A DNA stretch of 64,000 bases, taken from assembly GCF_009914755.1 (NCBI RefSeq), contig NC_060927.1; one strand, given 5' to 3'. Shown here piece by piece: positions 11,601 to 26,600 of this stretch. Positions within the stretch are counted from its first letter, which is position 1, and every line of letters starts with the position of its first letter. Below the pieces are notes generated by a model that was not told the DNA's origin, did not search any database, and saw nothing but the letters and a program-made list of their open reading frames with translations. A program made the translations under genes and the position numbers. The DNA is from the human T2T-CHM13v2.0 reference genome, Homo sapiens.

Positions 11601-14600
11601 AGAGATCACAACGTGGTTTCTGCGAATGATTCTTTGTAGTTTTTACAGGAAGATATTTCGTTGTCAACCGTAGGGTTCAAAGCACTCAAAGTATTCACTT
11701 GGAACTTTTACAAAAAGAGTGTTAGAAAACTGCTCTTTCCAAAGTAAGGTTCAACTCTGTGAGTTGAATGCACACATAACAATCAAGAAGTTTCTGAGAA
11801 TTCTTCTGTCCTGGTTTATATGAAAAAATCCCGTTTCCAACGAAGGCCTCAAAGACGTTTAAATATCCACTTGCAGACTTCACAAACAGAGTGTTTCCAA
11901 ACTGCTCTATGAAAAGAAAGGTTAAACTCTGTGAGTTGAACGCACACATCACAAAGTAGCTTCTGAGAATGATACTGTCTAGTTTTTATACGAAGATATT
12001 TCCTTTCTACCATTGGTGTCAAAGCGCTAGAATTCTCCACTTGCAAATTCCACAAAAAGAGTGTTTCCAATCTGCTCTGTCTAAAGGAAGGTTCAACTCT
12101 GTGAGTTGAATACACACACACAAAGAAGCTACTGAGAATTCTTTTGTCAAGAATTATAAGAAGAAATCCCGTTTCCAACGAAGGCCTCAAAGAGTTCCAA
12201 ATATCCACTTGCACACTGCACAAACTAAGTCTTTCCAAACTGCTCTATGCAAAGAAATGTTCAACTCTGTGAGTTTAATACACACATCACAAAGCAGTTT
12301 CTGAGAATGATACTGTCTAGTTTTTATACGAAGATATTTCCTTTTGTACCATTGGCCTCATACTGCTAGAATTTTCCACTTGCAAATTCCACAAAAAGAG
12401 TGTTTCCAATCCGCTCTGTCTAAAGGAAGGTTCAACTCTCTGATTTGAATACATACATCCCAAAAGAAGTTACTGAGAATTCTTCTGTCTAGCATTATGT
12501 GAAGAAATCCCGTTTCCAACGAAAGCCTCAAAGAGGTCCAAATATCCAGTTGCAGAATTTACAAACTGACTGTTTCCAAACTCATCTATGAAAAGAAAGG
12601 TTAAACTCTGGGAGTTGAATGCACATATCACAAAGTAGTTCCTGAGAATGATTCTGTCTAGTTTTTATACGAAGATATTTCCTTTTCCACCAATGGCCTC
12701 AAAGTGCTTGAAATCTCCCCTTGCAAATTCCACAGACAAGTGTTTCAAATCTACACTGTCTAAAGGAAGGTTCAACCCTGTGAGTTGAATACACACACAC
12801 AGAAAAAAATTCACTGAGAATTCTATTGTCTATCATTACACGAAGAAATCCCGTTTACTACGAAGGCCTCAAAGAGGTCCAAATATCCAGCTGCAGACAT
12901 TACAAACTGAGTGTTTCCAAAGTGCTCTATGAAAAGAAGTGTTAAACACTGTGAGTTCAATGCACACATCCCAAAGCAGTTTCTGAGAATGATTCCGTCT
13001 ATTTTTTCTACGAAGATATTTACTTTTCTACCGTTGGCCTCAAAGCGCTTGAAATCTCCACTTGCAAATTCCACAAAAAGAGAGTTTCAAATCTGCTCTG
13101 TCTAAAGGAAGGTTCAACTCTGTGAGTTGAATACACACCACAAAAAGAAGTTACTGAGAATTCTTCTGTCTAGCATTATATGAAAAATCCCGTTTCCAAC
13201 GAAGGCCACAAAGAGGTCCAAATATCCACTTGCAGATTCTGCAAAAAGAGTGTTTCCAAACTGCTCTATGAAAAGAAACGTTAAACTCTGTGAGTTGAAC
13301 GCAAACATCACAAAGTAGTTTCTGAGAATGACTCCGTCTAGTTTTTATACGAAGATATTTCCTTTCCTACCATTCACTTCAAAGCGCTTGAAGTCTCCCC
13401 CTGAAAATTCCACAAAAAGTGTTTCCAATCTGCTCCGCCTAAAGGAAGCTTCAACTCTGTGACTTGAATACCCACAACCCAAAGAAGTTACTGAGAATTC
13501 TTCTGTCTAGCATTATATGAAGAAATCCCGTTTCCAACGAAGGCCTCAAATACATCCAAATATCCAGTTGCTGACTTTACAAACTGAGTGTTTCCAAACT
13601 GCTCTATGAAAAGAAAGGTTAAACACTGTGAGTTGAACACACACGTACCAAAGTAGTTTCTGAGAATGATTCTGTCTAGTTTGCATACGAAGATATTTCC
13701 TTTTCTACCATTGGCCTCAAAGCTCTGAAATCTCCACTTGCAAATTCCACAAAAAGAGAGTTTCAAATCTGCTGTTTCTAAAGGAAAGTTCAACTCTGAG
13801 AGTTGAATACACACCAGAAAAAGCAGTTACTGAGAAGTCTTCTGTCTAGCATTATATGAAGAAATCCCATTTCCAACGAAGACTTCAAAGAGGTCCAAAT
13901 ATCCACTTGCAGATTCTGCAAAAAGAGTGTTTCGAAACAACTGTATGAAAAGAAAGGTTAAACACTGTGAGTTGAACGCACACATTGCAAAGCGGTTTCT
14001 GAGAATGATTCCGTCTAATTATTATACGAAGGTATTTCCTTTTCTATCATTGGCCTCAAAGCGCTTGATACCTCCACCTGAAAATTCCACAAAAAGAGTG
14101 TTTCCAATCTACTCTGTCTAAAGGAACGTTCAACTCTGTGAGTTGAATACACACACACAGAAAGAATTCACTGAGAATTCTTCTGTCTGGCATTACATGA
14201 AGAAATCCCGTTTCCAACGAAGGCCTCAAAGAGGTCCAAATATCCACTTGCAGATTCTGCAAAAAGAGTGTTTCAAAACCGCTCCATTAAAAGGAATGTT
14301 GAACTCTGTGAGTTGAATGCAAACATCACAACTCAGTTGCTGAGAATGCTTCTGACTAGATTTTATGGTAAGATATTTCCTTTTCTACCGTAGGCTTCAA
14401 TGCCCTCTAAATACACCCTTGCAAATTCTACAAAGAGACTGTTTCATAACTGCTCTATAGGAAGAAAGGTTGAACTCTGTGAGTTGAATGCAGAGATCAC
14501 AACGTGGTTTCTGCGAATGATTCTTTGTAGTTTTTACATGAAGATATTTCGTTGTCAACCGTAGGCTTCAAAGCACTCAAAGTATTCACTTGGAACTTTT

Positions 14601-17600
14601 ACAAAAAGAGTGTTAGAAAACTGCTCTTTCCAAAGTAAGGTTCAACTCTGTGAGTTGAATGCACACATAACAATCAAGAAGTTTCTGAGAATTCTTCTGT
14701 CCTGGTTTATATGAAAAAATCCCGTTTCCAACGAAGGCCTCAAAGACGTTTAAATATCCACTTGCAGACTTCACAAACAGAGGGTTTCCAAACTGCTCTA
14801 TGAAAAGAAAGGTTAAACTCTGTGAGTTGAACGCACACATCACAAAGTAGCTTCTGAGAATGATACTGTCTAGTTTTTATACGAAGATATTTCCTTTCTA
14901 CCATTGGCGTCAAAGCGCTAGAATTCTCCACTTGCAAATTCCACAAAAAGAGTGTTTCCAATCTGCTCTGTCTAAAGGAAGGTTCAACTCTGTGAGTTGA
15001 ATACACACACACAAAGAAGCTACTGAGAATTCTTTTGTCAAGAATTATAAGAAGAAATCCCGTTTCCAACGAAGGCCTCAAAGAGTTCCAAATATCCACT
15101 TGCACACTGCACAAACTAAGTCTTTCCAAACTGCTCTATGCAAAGAAATGTTCAACTCTGTGAGTTTAATACGCACATCACAAAGCAGTTTCTGAGAATG
15201 ATACTGTCTAGTTTTTATACGAAGATATTTCCTTTTGTACCATTGGCCTCATACTGCTAGAATTTTCCACTTGCAAATTCCACAAAAAGAGTGTTTCCAA
15301 TCCGCTCTGTCTAAAGGAAGGTTCAACTCTCTGATTTGAATACATACATCCCAAAAGAAGTTACTGAGAATTCTTCTGTCTAGCATTATGTGAAGAAATC
15401 CCGTTTCCAACGAAAGCCTCAAAGAGGTCCAAATATCCAGTTGCAGAATTTACAAACTGACTGTTTCCAAACTCATCTATGAAAAGAAAGGTTAAACTCT
15501 GGGAGTTGAATGCACATATCACAAAGTAGTTCCTGAGAATGATTCTGTCTAGTTTTTATACGAAGATATTTCCTTTTCCACCAATGGCCTCAAAGTGCTT
15601 GAAATCTCCCCTTGCAAATTCCACAGACAAGTGTTTCAAATCTACACTGTCTAAAGGAAGGTTCAACCCTGTGAGTTGAATACACACACACAGAAAAAAA
15701 TTCACTGAGAATTCTATTGTCTATCATTACACGAAGAAATCCCGTTTACTACGAAGGCCTCAAAGAGGTCCAAATATCCAGCTGCAGACATTACAACCTG
15801 AGTGTTTCCAAAGTGCTCTATGAAAAGAAGTGTTAAACACTGTGAGTTCAATGCACACATCCCAAAGCAGTTTCTGAGAATGATTCCGTCTATTTTTTCT
15901 ACGAAGATATTTACTTTTCTACCGTTGGCCTCAAAGCGCTTGAAATCTCCACTTGCAAATTCCACAAAAAGAGAGTTTCAAATCTGCTCTGTCTAAAGGA
16001 AGGTTCAACTCTGTGAGTTGAATACACACCACAAAAAGAAGTTACTGAGAATTCTTCTGTCTAGCATTATATGAAAAATCCCGTTTCCAACGAAGGCCAC
16101 AAAGAGGTCCAAATATCCACTTGCAGATTCTGCAAAAAGAGTGTTTCCAAACTGCTCTATGAAAAGAAACGTTAAACTCTGTGAGTTGAACGCAAACATC
16201 ACAAAGTAGTTTCTGAGAATGACTCCGTCTAGTTTTTATACGAAGATATTTCCTTTCCTACCATTCACTTCAAAGCGCTTGAAGTCTCCCCCTGAAAATT
16301 CCACAAAAAGTGTTTCCAATCTGCTCCGCCTAAAGGAAGCTTCAACTCTGTGACTTGAATACCCACAACCCAAAGAAGTTACTGAGAATTCTTCTGTCTA
16401 GCATTATATGAAGAAATCCCGTTTCCAACGAAGGCCTCAAATACATCCAAATATCCAGTTGCTGACTTTACAAACTGAGTGTTTCCAAACTGCTCTATGA
16501 AAAGAAAGGTTAAACACTGTGAGTTGAACACACACGTACCAAAGTAGTTTCTGAGAATGATTCTGTCTAGTTTGCATACGAAGATATTTCCTTTTCTACC
16601 ATTGGCCTCAAAGCTCTGAAATCTCCACTTGCAAATTCCACAAAAAGAGAGTTTCAACTCTGCTGTTTCTAAAGGAAAGTTCAACTCTGAGAGTTGAATA
16701 CACACCAGAAAAAGCAGTTACTGAGAAGTCTTCTGTCTAGCATTATATGAAGAAATCCCATTTCCAACGAAGACTTCAAAGAGGTCCAAATATCCACTTG
16801 CAGATTCTGCAAAAAGAGTGTTTCGAAACAACTGTATGAAAAGAAAGGTTAAACACTGTGAGTTGAACGCACACATTGCAAAGCGGTTTCTGAGAATGAT
16901 TCCGTCTAATTATTATACGAAGGTATTTCCTTTTCTATCATTGGCCTCAAAGCGCTTGATACCTCCACCTGAAAATTCCACAAAAAGAGTGTTTCCAATC
17001 TACTCTGTCTAAAGGAACGTTCAACTCTGTGAGTTGAATACACACACACAGAAAGAATTCACTGAGAATTCTTCTGTCTGGCATTACATGAAGAAATCCC
17101 GTTTCCAACGAAGGCCTCAAAGAGGTCCAAATATCCACTTGCAGATTCTGCAAAAAGAGTGTTTCAAAACCGCTCCATTAAAAGGAATGTTGAACTCTGT
17201 GAGTTGAATGCAAACATCACAACTCAGTTGCTGAGAATGCTTCTGACTAGATTTTATGGTAAGATATTTCCTTTTCTACCGTAGGCTTCAATGCCCTCTA
17301 AATACACCCTTGCAAATTCTACAAAGAGACTGTTTCATAACTGCTCTATAGGAAGAAAGGTTGAACTCTGTGAGTTGAATGCAGAGATCACAACGTGGTT
17401 TCTGCGAATGATTCTTTGTAGTTTTTACATGAAGATATTTCGTTGTCAACCGTAGGCTTCAAAGCACTCAAAGTATTCACTTGGAACTTTTACAAAAAGA
17501 GTGTTAGAAAACTGCTCTTTCCAAAGTAAGGTTCAACTCTGTGAGTTGAATGCACACATAACAATCAAGAAGTTTCTGAGAATTCTTCTGTCCTGGTTTA

Positions 17601-20600
17601 TATGAAAAAATCCCGTTTCCAACGAAGGCCTCAAAGACGTTTAAATATCCACTTGCAGACTTCACAAACAGAGGGTTTCCAAACTGCTCTATGAAAAGAA
17701 AGGTTAAACTCTGTGAGTTGAACGCACACATCACAAAGTAGCTTCTGAGAATGATACTGTCTAGTTTTTATACGAAGATATTTCCTTTCTACCATTGGCG
17801 TCAAAGCGCTAGAATTCTCCACTTGCAAATTCCACAAAAAGAGTGTTTCCAATCTGCTCTGTCTAAAGGAAGGTTCAACTCTGTGAGTTGAATACACACA
17901 CACAAAGAAGCTACTGAGAATTCTTTTGTCAAGAATTATAAGAAGAAATCCCGTTTCCAACGAAGGCCTCAAAGAGTTCCAAATATCCACTTGCACACTG
18001 CACAAACTAAGTCTTTCCAAACTGCTCTATGCAAAGAAATGTTCAACTCTGTGAGTTTAATACGCACATCACAAAGCAGTTTCTGAGAATGATACTGTCT
18101 AGTTTTTATACGAAGATATTTCCTTTTGTACCATTGGCCTCATACTGCTAGAATTTTCCACTTGCAAATTCCACAAAAAGAGTGTTTCCAATCCGCTCTG
18201 TCTAAAGGAAGGTTCAACTCTCTGATTTGAATACATACATCCCAAAAGAAGTTACTGAGAATTCTTCTGTCTAGCATTATGTGAAGAAATCCCGTTTCCA
18301 ACGAAAGCCTCAAAGAGGTCCAAATATCCAGTTGCAGAATTTACAAACTGACTGTTTCCAAACTCATCTATGAAAAGAAAGGTTAAACTCTGGGAGTTGA
18401 ATGCACATATCACAAAGTAGTTCCTGAGAATGATTCTGTCTAGTTTTTATACGAAGATATTTCCTTTTCCACCAATGGCCTCAAAGTGCTTGAAATCTCC
18501 CCTTGCAAATTCCACAGACAAGTGTTTCAAATCTACACTGTCTAAAGGAAGGTTCAACCCTGTGAGTTGAATACACACACACAGAAAAAAATTCACTGAG
18601 AATTCTATTGTCTATCATTACACGAAGAAATCCCGTTTACTACGAAGGCCTCAAAGAGGTCCAAATATCCAGCTGCAGACATTACAAACTGAGTGTTTCC
18701 AAAGTGCTCTATGAAAAGAAGTGTTAAACACTGTGAGTTCAATGCACACATCCCAAAGCAGTTTCTGAGAATGATGCCGTCTATTTTTTCTACGAAGATA
18801 TTTCCTTTTCTGCCGTTGGCCTCAAAGCGCTTGAAATCTCCACTTGCAAATTCCACAAAAAGAGAGTTTCAAATCTGCTCTGTCTAAAGGAAGGTTCAAC
18901 TCTGTGAGTTGAATACACACCACAAAAAGAAGTTACTGAGAATTCTTCTGTCTAGCATTATATGAAAAATCCCGTTTCCAACGAAGGCCACAAAGAGGTC
19001 CAAATATCCACTTGCAGATTCTGCAAAAAGAGTGTTTCCAAACTGCTCTATGAAAAGAAACGTTAAACTCTGTGAGTTGAACGCAAACATCACAAAGTAG
19101 TTTCTGAGAATGACTCCGTCTAGTTTTTATACGAAGATATTTCCTTTCCTACCATTCACTTCAAAGCGCTTGAAGTCTCCCCCTGAAAATTCCACAAAAA
19201 GTGTTTCCAATCTGCTCCGCCTAAAGGAAGCTTCAACTCTGTGACTTGAATACCCACAACCCAAAGAAGTTACTGAGAATTCTTCTGTCTAGCATTATAT
19301 GAAGAAATCCCGTTTCCAACGAAGGCCTCAAATACATCCAAATATCCAGTTGCTGACTTTACAAACTGAGTGTTTCCAAACTGCTCTATGAAAAGAAAGG
19401 TTAAACACTGTGAGTTGAACACACACGTACCAAAGTAGTTTCTGAGAATGATTCTGTCTAGTTTGCATACGAAGATATTTCCTTTTCTACCATTGGCCTC
19501 AAAGCTCTGAAATCTCCACTTGCAAATTCCACAAAAAGAGAGTTTCAACTCTGCTGTTTCTAAAGGAAAGTTCAACTCTGAGAGTTGAATACACACCAGA
19601 AAAAGCAGTTACTGAGAAGTCTTCTGTCTAGCATTATATGAAGAAATCCCATTTCCAACGAAGACTTCAAAGAGGTCCAAATATCCACTTGCAGATTCTG
19701 CAAAAAGAGTGTTTCGAAACAACTGTATGAAAAGAAAGGTTAAACACTGTGAGTTGAACGCACACATTGCAAAGCGGTTTCTGAGAATGATTCCGTCTAA
19801 TTATTATACGAAGGTATTTCCTTTTCTATCATTGGCCTCAAAGCGCTTGATACCTCCACCTGAAAATTCCACAAAAAGAGTGTTTCCAATCTACTCTGTC
19901 TAAAGGAACGTTCAACTCTGTGAGTTGAATACACACACACAGAAAGAATTCACTGAGAATTCTTCTGTCTGGCATTACATGAAGAAATCCCGTTTCCAAC
20001 GAAGGCCTCAAAGAGGTCCAAATATCCACTTGCAGATTCTGCAAAAAGAGTGTTTCAAAACCGCTCCATTAAAAGGAATGTTGAACTCTGTGAGTTGAAT
20101 GCAAACATCACAACTCAGTTGCTGAGAATGCTTCTGACTAGATTTTATGGTAAGATATTTCCTTTTCTACCGTAGGCTTCAATGCCCTCTAAATACACCC
20201 TTGCAAATTCTACAAAGAGACTGTTTCATAACTGCTCTATAGGAAGAAAGGTTCAACTCTGTGAGTTGAATGCAGAGATCACAACGTGGTTTCTGCGAAT
20301 GATTCTTTGTAGTTTTTACATGAAGATATTTCGTTGTCAACCGTAGGCTTCAAAGCACTCAAAGTATTCACTTGGAACTTTTACAAAAAGAGTGTTAGAA
20401 AACTGCTCTTTCCAAAGTAAGGTTCAACTCTGTGAGTTGAATGCACACATAACAATCAAGAAGTTTCTGAGAATTCTTCTGTCCTGGTTTATATGAAAAA
20501 ATCCCGTTTCCAACGAAGGCCTCAAAGACGTTTAAATATCCACTTGCAGACTTCACAAACAGAGGGTTTCCAAACTGCTCTATGAAAAGAAAGGTTAAAC

Positions 20601-23600
20601 TCTGTGAGTTGAACGCACACATCACAAAGTAGCTTCTGAGAATGATACTGTCTAGTTTTTATACGAAGATATTTCCTTTCTACCATTGGCGTCAAAGCGC
20701 TAGAATTCTCCACTTGCAAATTCCACAAAAAGAGTGTTTCCAATCTGCTCTGTCTAAAGGAAGGTTCAACTCTGTGAGTTGAATACACACACACAAAGAA
20801 GCTACTGAGAATTCTTTTGTCAAGAATTATAAGAAGAAATCCCGTTTCCAACGAAGGCCTCAAAGAGTTCCAAATATCCACTTGCACACTGCACAAACTA
20901 AGTCTTTCCAAACTGCTCTATGCAAAGAAATGTTCAACTCTGTGAGTTTAATACACACATCACAAAGCAGTTTCTGAGAATGATACTGTCTAGTTTTTAT
21001 ACGAAGATATTTCCTTTTGTACCATTGGCCTCATACTGCTAGAATTTTCCACTTGCAAATTCCACAAAAAGAGTGTTTCCAATCCGCTCTGTCTAAAGGA
21101 AGGTTCAACTCTCTGATTTGAATACATACATCCCAAAAGAAGTTACTGAGAATTCTTCTGTCTAGCATTATGTGAAGAAATCCCGTTTCCAACGAAAGCC
21201 TCAAAGAGGTCCAAATATCCAGTTGCAGAATTTACAAACTGACTGTTTCCAAACTCATCTATGAAAAGAAAGGTTAAACTCTGTGAGTTGAATGCACATA
21301 TCACAAAGTAGTTCCTGAGAATGATTCTGTCTAGTTTTCATACGAAGATATTTCCTTTTCCACCAATGGCCTCAAAGTGCTTGAAATCTCCCCTTGCAAA
21401 TTCCACAGACAAGTGTTTCAAATCTGCACTGTCTAAAGGAAGGTTCAACCCTGTGAGTTGAATACACACACACAGAAAAAAATTCACTGAGAATTCTATT
21501 GTCTATCATTACACGAAGAAATCCCGTTTACCACGAAGGCCTCAAAGAGGTCCAAATATCCAGCTGCAGACATTACAAACTGAGTGTTTCCAAAGTGCTC
21601 TATGAAAAGAAGTGTTAAACACTGTGAGTTCAATGCACACATCCCAAAGCAGTTTCTGAGAATGATTCCGTCTATTTTTTCTACGAAGATATTTCCTTTT
21701 CTGCCGTTGGCCTCAAAGCGCTTGAAATCTCCACTTGCAAATTCCACAAAAAGAGAGTTTCAAATCTGCTCTGTCTAAAGGAAGGTTCAACTCTGTGAGT
21801 TGAATACACACCACAAAAAGAAGTTACTGAGAATTCTTCTGTCTAGCATTATATGAAAAATCCCGTTTCCAACGAAGGCCACAAAGAGGTCCAAATATCC
21901 ACTTGCAGATTCTGCAAAAAGAGTGTTTCCAAACTGCTCTATGAAAAGAAACGTTAAACTCTGTGAGTTGAACGCAAACATCACAAAGTAGTTTCTGAGA
22001 ATGACTCCGTCTAGTTTTTATACGAAGATATTTCCTTTCCTACCATTCACTTCAAAGCGCTTGAAGTCTCCCCCTGAAAATTCCACAAAAAGTGTTTCCA
22101 ATCTGCTCCGCCTAAAGGAAGCTTCAACTCTGTGACTTGAATACCCACAACCCAAAGAAGTTACTGAGAATTCTTCTGTCTAGCATTATATGAAGAAATC
22201 CCGTTTCCAACGAAGGCCTCAAATACATCCAAATATCCAGTTGCTGACTTTACAAACTGAGTGTTTCCAAACTGCTCTATGAAAAGAAAGGTTAAACACT
22301 GTGAGTTGAACACACACGTACCAAAGTAGTTTCTGAGAATGATTCTGTCTAGTTTGCATACGAAGATATTTCCTTTTCTACCATTGGCCTCAAAGCTCTG
22401 AAATCTCCACTTGCAAATTCCACAAAAAGAGAGTTTCAACTCTGCTGTTTCTAAAGGAAAGTTCAACTCTGAGAGTTGAATACACACCAGAAAAAGCAGT
22501 TACTGAGAAGTCTTCTGTCTAGCATTATATGAAGAAATCCCATTTCCAACGAAGACTTCAAAGAGGTCCAAATATCCACTTGCAGATTCTGCAAAAAGAG
22601 TGTTTCGAAACAACTGTATGAAAAGAAAGGTTAAACACTGTGAGTTGAACGCACACATTGCAAAGCGGTTTCTGAGAATGATTCCGTCTAATTATTATAC
22701 GAAGGTATTTCCTTTTCTATCATTGGCCTCAAAGCGCTTGATACCTCCACCTGAAAATTCCACAAAAAGAGTGTTTCCAATCTACTCTGTCTAAAGGAAC
22801 GTTCAACTCTGTGAGTTGAATACACACACACAGAAAGAATTCACTGAGAATTCTTCTGTCTGGCATTACATGAAGAAATCCCGTTTCCAACGAAGGCCTC
22901 AAAGAGGTCCAAATATCCACTTGCAGATTCTGCAAAAAGAGTGTTTCAAAACCGCTCCATTAAAAGGAATGTTGAACTCTGTGAGTTGAATGCAAACATC
23001 ACAACTCAGTTGCTGAGAATGCTTCTGACTAGATTTTATGGTAAGATATTTCCTTTTCTACCGTAGGCTTCAATGCCCTCTAAATACACCCTTGCAAATT
23101 CTACAAAGAGACTGTTTCATAACTGCTCTATAGGAAGAAAGGTTCAACTCTGTGAGTTGAATGCAGAGATCACAACGTGGTTTCTGCGAATGATTCTTTG
23201 TAGTTTTTACATGAAGATATTTCGTTGTCAACCGTAGGCTTCAAAGCACTCAAAGTATTCACTTGGAACTTTTACAAAAAGAGTGTTAGAAAACTGCTCT
23301 TTCCAAAGTAAGGTTCAACTCTGTGAGTTGAATGCACACATAACAATCAAGAAGTTTCTGAGAATTCTTCTGTCCTGGTTTATATGAAAAAATCCCGTTT
23401 CCAACGAAGGCCTCAAAGACGTTTAAATATCCACTTGCAGACTTCACAAACAGAGGGTTTCCAAACTGCTCTATGAAAAGAAAGGTTAAACTCTGTGAGT
23501 TGAACGCACACATCACAAAGTAGCTTCTGAGAATGATACTGTCTAGTTTTTATACGAAGATATTTCCTTTCTACCATTGGCGTCAAAGCGCTAGAATTCT

Positions 23601-26600
23601 CCACTTGCAAATTCCACAAAAAGAGTGTTTCCAATCTGCTCTGTCTAAAGGAAGGTTCAACTCTGTGAGTTGAATACACACACACAAAGAAGCTACTGAG
23701 AATTCTTTTGTCAAGAATTATAAGAAGAAATCCCGTTTCCAACGAAGGCCTCAAAGAGTTCCAAATATCCACTTGCACACTGCACAAACTAAGTCTTTCC
23801 AAACTGCTCTATGCAAAGAAATGTTCAACTCTGTGAGTTTAATACACACATCACAAAGCAGTTTCTGAGAATGATACTGTCTAGTTTTTATACGAAGATA
23901 TTTCCTTTTGTACCATTGGCCTCATACTGCTAGAATTTTCCACTTGCAAATTCCACAAAAAGAGTGTTTCCAATCCGCTCTGTCTAAAGGAAGGTTCAAC
24001 TCTCTGATTTGAATACATACATCCCAAAAGAAGTTACTGAGAATTCTTCTGTCTAGCATTATGTGAAGAAATCCCGTTTCCAACGAAAGCCTCAAAGAGG
24101 TCCAAATATCCAGTTGCAGAATTTACAAACTGACTGTTTCCAAACTCATCTATGAAAAGAAAGGTTAAACTCTGTGAGTTGAATGCACATATCACAAAGT
24201 AGTTCCTGAGAATGATTCTGTCTAGTTTTCATACGAAGATATTTCCTTTTCCACCAATGGCCTCAAAGTGCTTGAAATCTCCCCTTGCAAATTCCACAGA
24301 CAAGTGTTTCAAATCTGCACTGTCTAAAGGAAGGTTCAACCCTGTGAGTTGAATACACACACACAGAAAAAAATTCACTGAGAATTCTATTGTCTATCAT
24401 TACACGAAGAAATCCCGTTTACCACGAAGGCCTCAAAGAGGTCCAAATATCCAGCTGCAGACATTACAAACTGAGTGTTTCCAAAGTGCTCTATGAAAAG
24501 AAGTGTTAAACACTGTGAGTTCAATGCACACATCCCAAAGCAGTTTCTGAGAATGATTCCGTCTATTTTTTCTACGAAGATATTTCCTTTTCTGCCGTTG
24601 GCCTCAAAGCGCTTGAAATCTCCACTTGCAAATTCCACAAAAAGAGAGTTTCAAATCTGCTCTGTCTAAAGGAAGGTTCAACTCTGTGAGTTGAATACAC
24701 ACCACAAAAAGAAGTTACTGAGAATTCTTCTGTCTAGCATTATATGAAAAATCCCGTTTCCAACGAAGGCCACAAAGAGGTCCAAATATCCACTTGCAGA
24801 TTCTGCAAAAAGAGTGTTTCCAAACTGCTCTATGAAAAGAAACGTTAAACTCTGTGAGTTGAACGCAAACATCACAAAGTAGTTTCTGAGAATGACTCCG
24901 TCTAGTTTTTATACGAAGATATTTCCTTTCCTACCATTCACTTCAAAGCGCTTGAAGTCTCCCCCTGAAAATTTCACAAAAAGTGTTTCCAATCTGCTCC
25001 GCCTAAAGGAAGCTTCAACTCTGTGAGTTGAATACCCACAACCCAAAGAAGTTACTGAGAATTCTTCTGTCTAGCATTATATGAAGAAATCCCGTTTCCA
25101 ACGAAGGCCTCAAATACATCCAAATATCCAGTTGCTGACTTTACAAACTGAGTGTTTCCAAACTGCTCTATGAAAAGAAAGGTTAAACACTGTGAGTTGA
25201 ACACACACGTACCAAAGTAGTTTCTGAGAATGATTCTGTCTAGTTTGCATACGAAGATATTTCCTTTTCTACCATTGGCCTCAAAGCTCTGAAATCTCCA
25301 CTTGCAAATTCCACAAAAAGAGAGTTTCAAATCTGCTGTTTCTAAAGGAAAGTTCAACTCTGAGAGTAGAATACACACCAGAAAAAGCAGTTACTGAGAA
25401 GTCTTCTGTCTAGCATTATATGAAGAAATCCCATTTCCAACGAAGACTTCAAAGAGGTCCAAATATCCACTTGCAGATTCTGCAAAAAGAGTGTTTCGAA
25501 ACAACTGTATGAAAAGAAAGGTTAAACACTGTGAGTTGAACGCACACATTGCAAAGCAGTTTCTGAGAATGATTCCGTCTAATTATTATACGAAGGTATT
25601 TCCTTTTCTATCATTGGCCTCAAAGCGCTTGATACCTCCACCTGAAAATTCCACAAAAAGAGTGTTTCCAATCTACTCTGTCTAAAGGAACGTTCAACTC
25701 TGTGAGTTGAATACACACACACAGAAAGAATTCACTGAGAATTCTTCTGTCTGGCATTACATGAAGAAATCCCGTTTCCAACGAAGGCCTCAAAGAGGTC
25801 CAAATATCCACTTGCAGATTCTGCAAAAAGAGTGTTTCAAAACCGCTCCATTAAAAGGAATGTTGAACTCTGTGAGTTGAATGCAAACATCACAACTCAG
25901 TTGCTGAGAATGCTTCTGACTAGATTTTATGGTAAGATATTTCCTTTTCTACCGTAGGCTTCAATGCCCTCTAAATACACCCTTGCAAATTCTACAAAGA
26001 GACTGTTTCATAACTGCTCTATAGGAAGAAAGGTTGAACTCTGTGAGTTGAATGCAGAGATCACAACGTGGTTTCTGCGAATGATTCTTTGTAGTTTTTA
26101 CATGAAGATATTTCGTTGTCAACCGTAGGCTTCAAAGCACTCAAAGTATTCACTTGGAACTTTTACAAAAAGAGTATTAGAAAACTGCTCTTTCCAAAGT
26201 AAGGTTCAACTCTGTGAGTTGAATGCACACATAACAATCAAGAAGTTTCTGAGAATTCTTCTGTCCTGGTTTATATGAAAAAATCCCGTTTCCAACGAAG
26301 GCCTCAAAGACGTTTAAATATCCACTTGCAGACTTCACAAACAGAGTGTTTCCAAACTGCTCTATGAAAAGAAAGGTTAAACTCTGTGAGTTGAACGCAC
26401 ACATCACAAAGTAGCTTCTGAGAATGATACTGTCTAGTTTTTATACGAAGATATTTCCTTTCTACCATTGGCGTCAAAGCGCTAGAATTCTCCACTTGCA
26501 AATTCCACAAAAAGAGTGTTTCCAATCTGCTCTGTCTAAAGGAAGGTTCAACTCTGTGAGTTGAATACACACACACAAAGAAGCTACTGAGAATTCTTTT

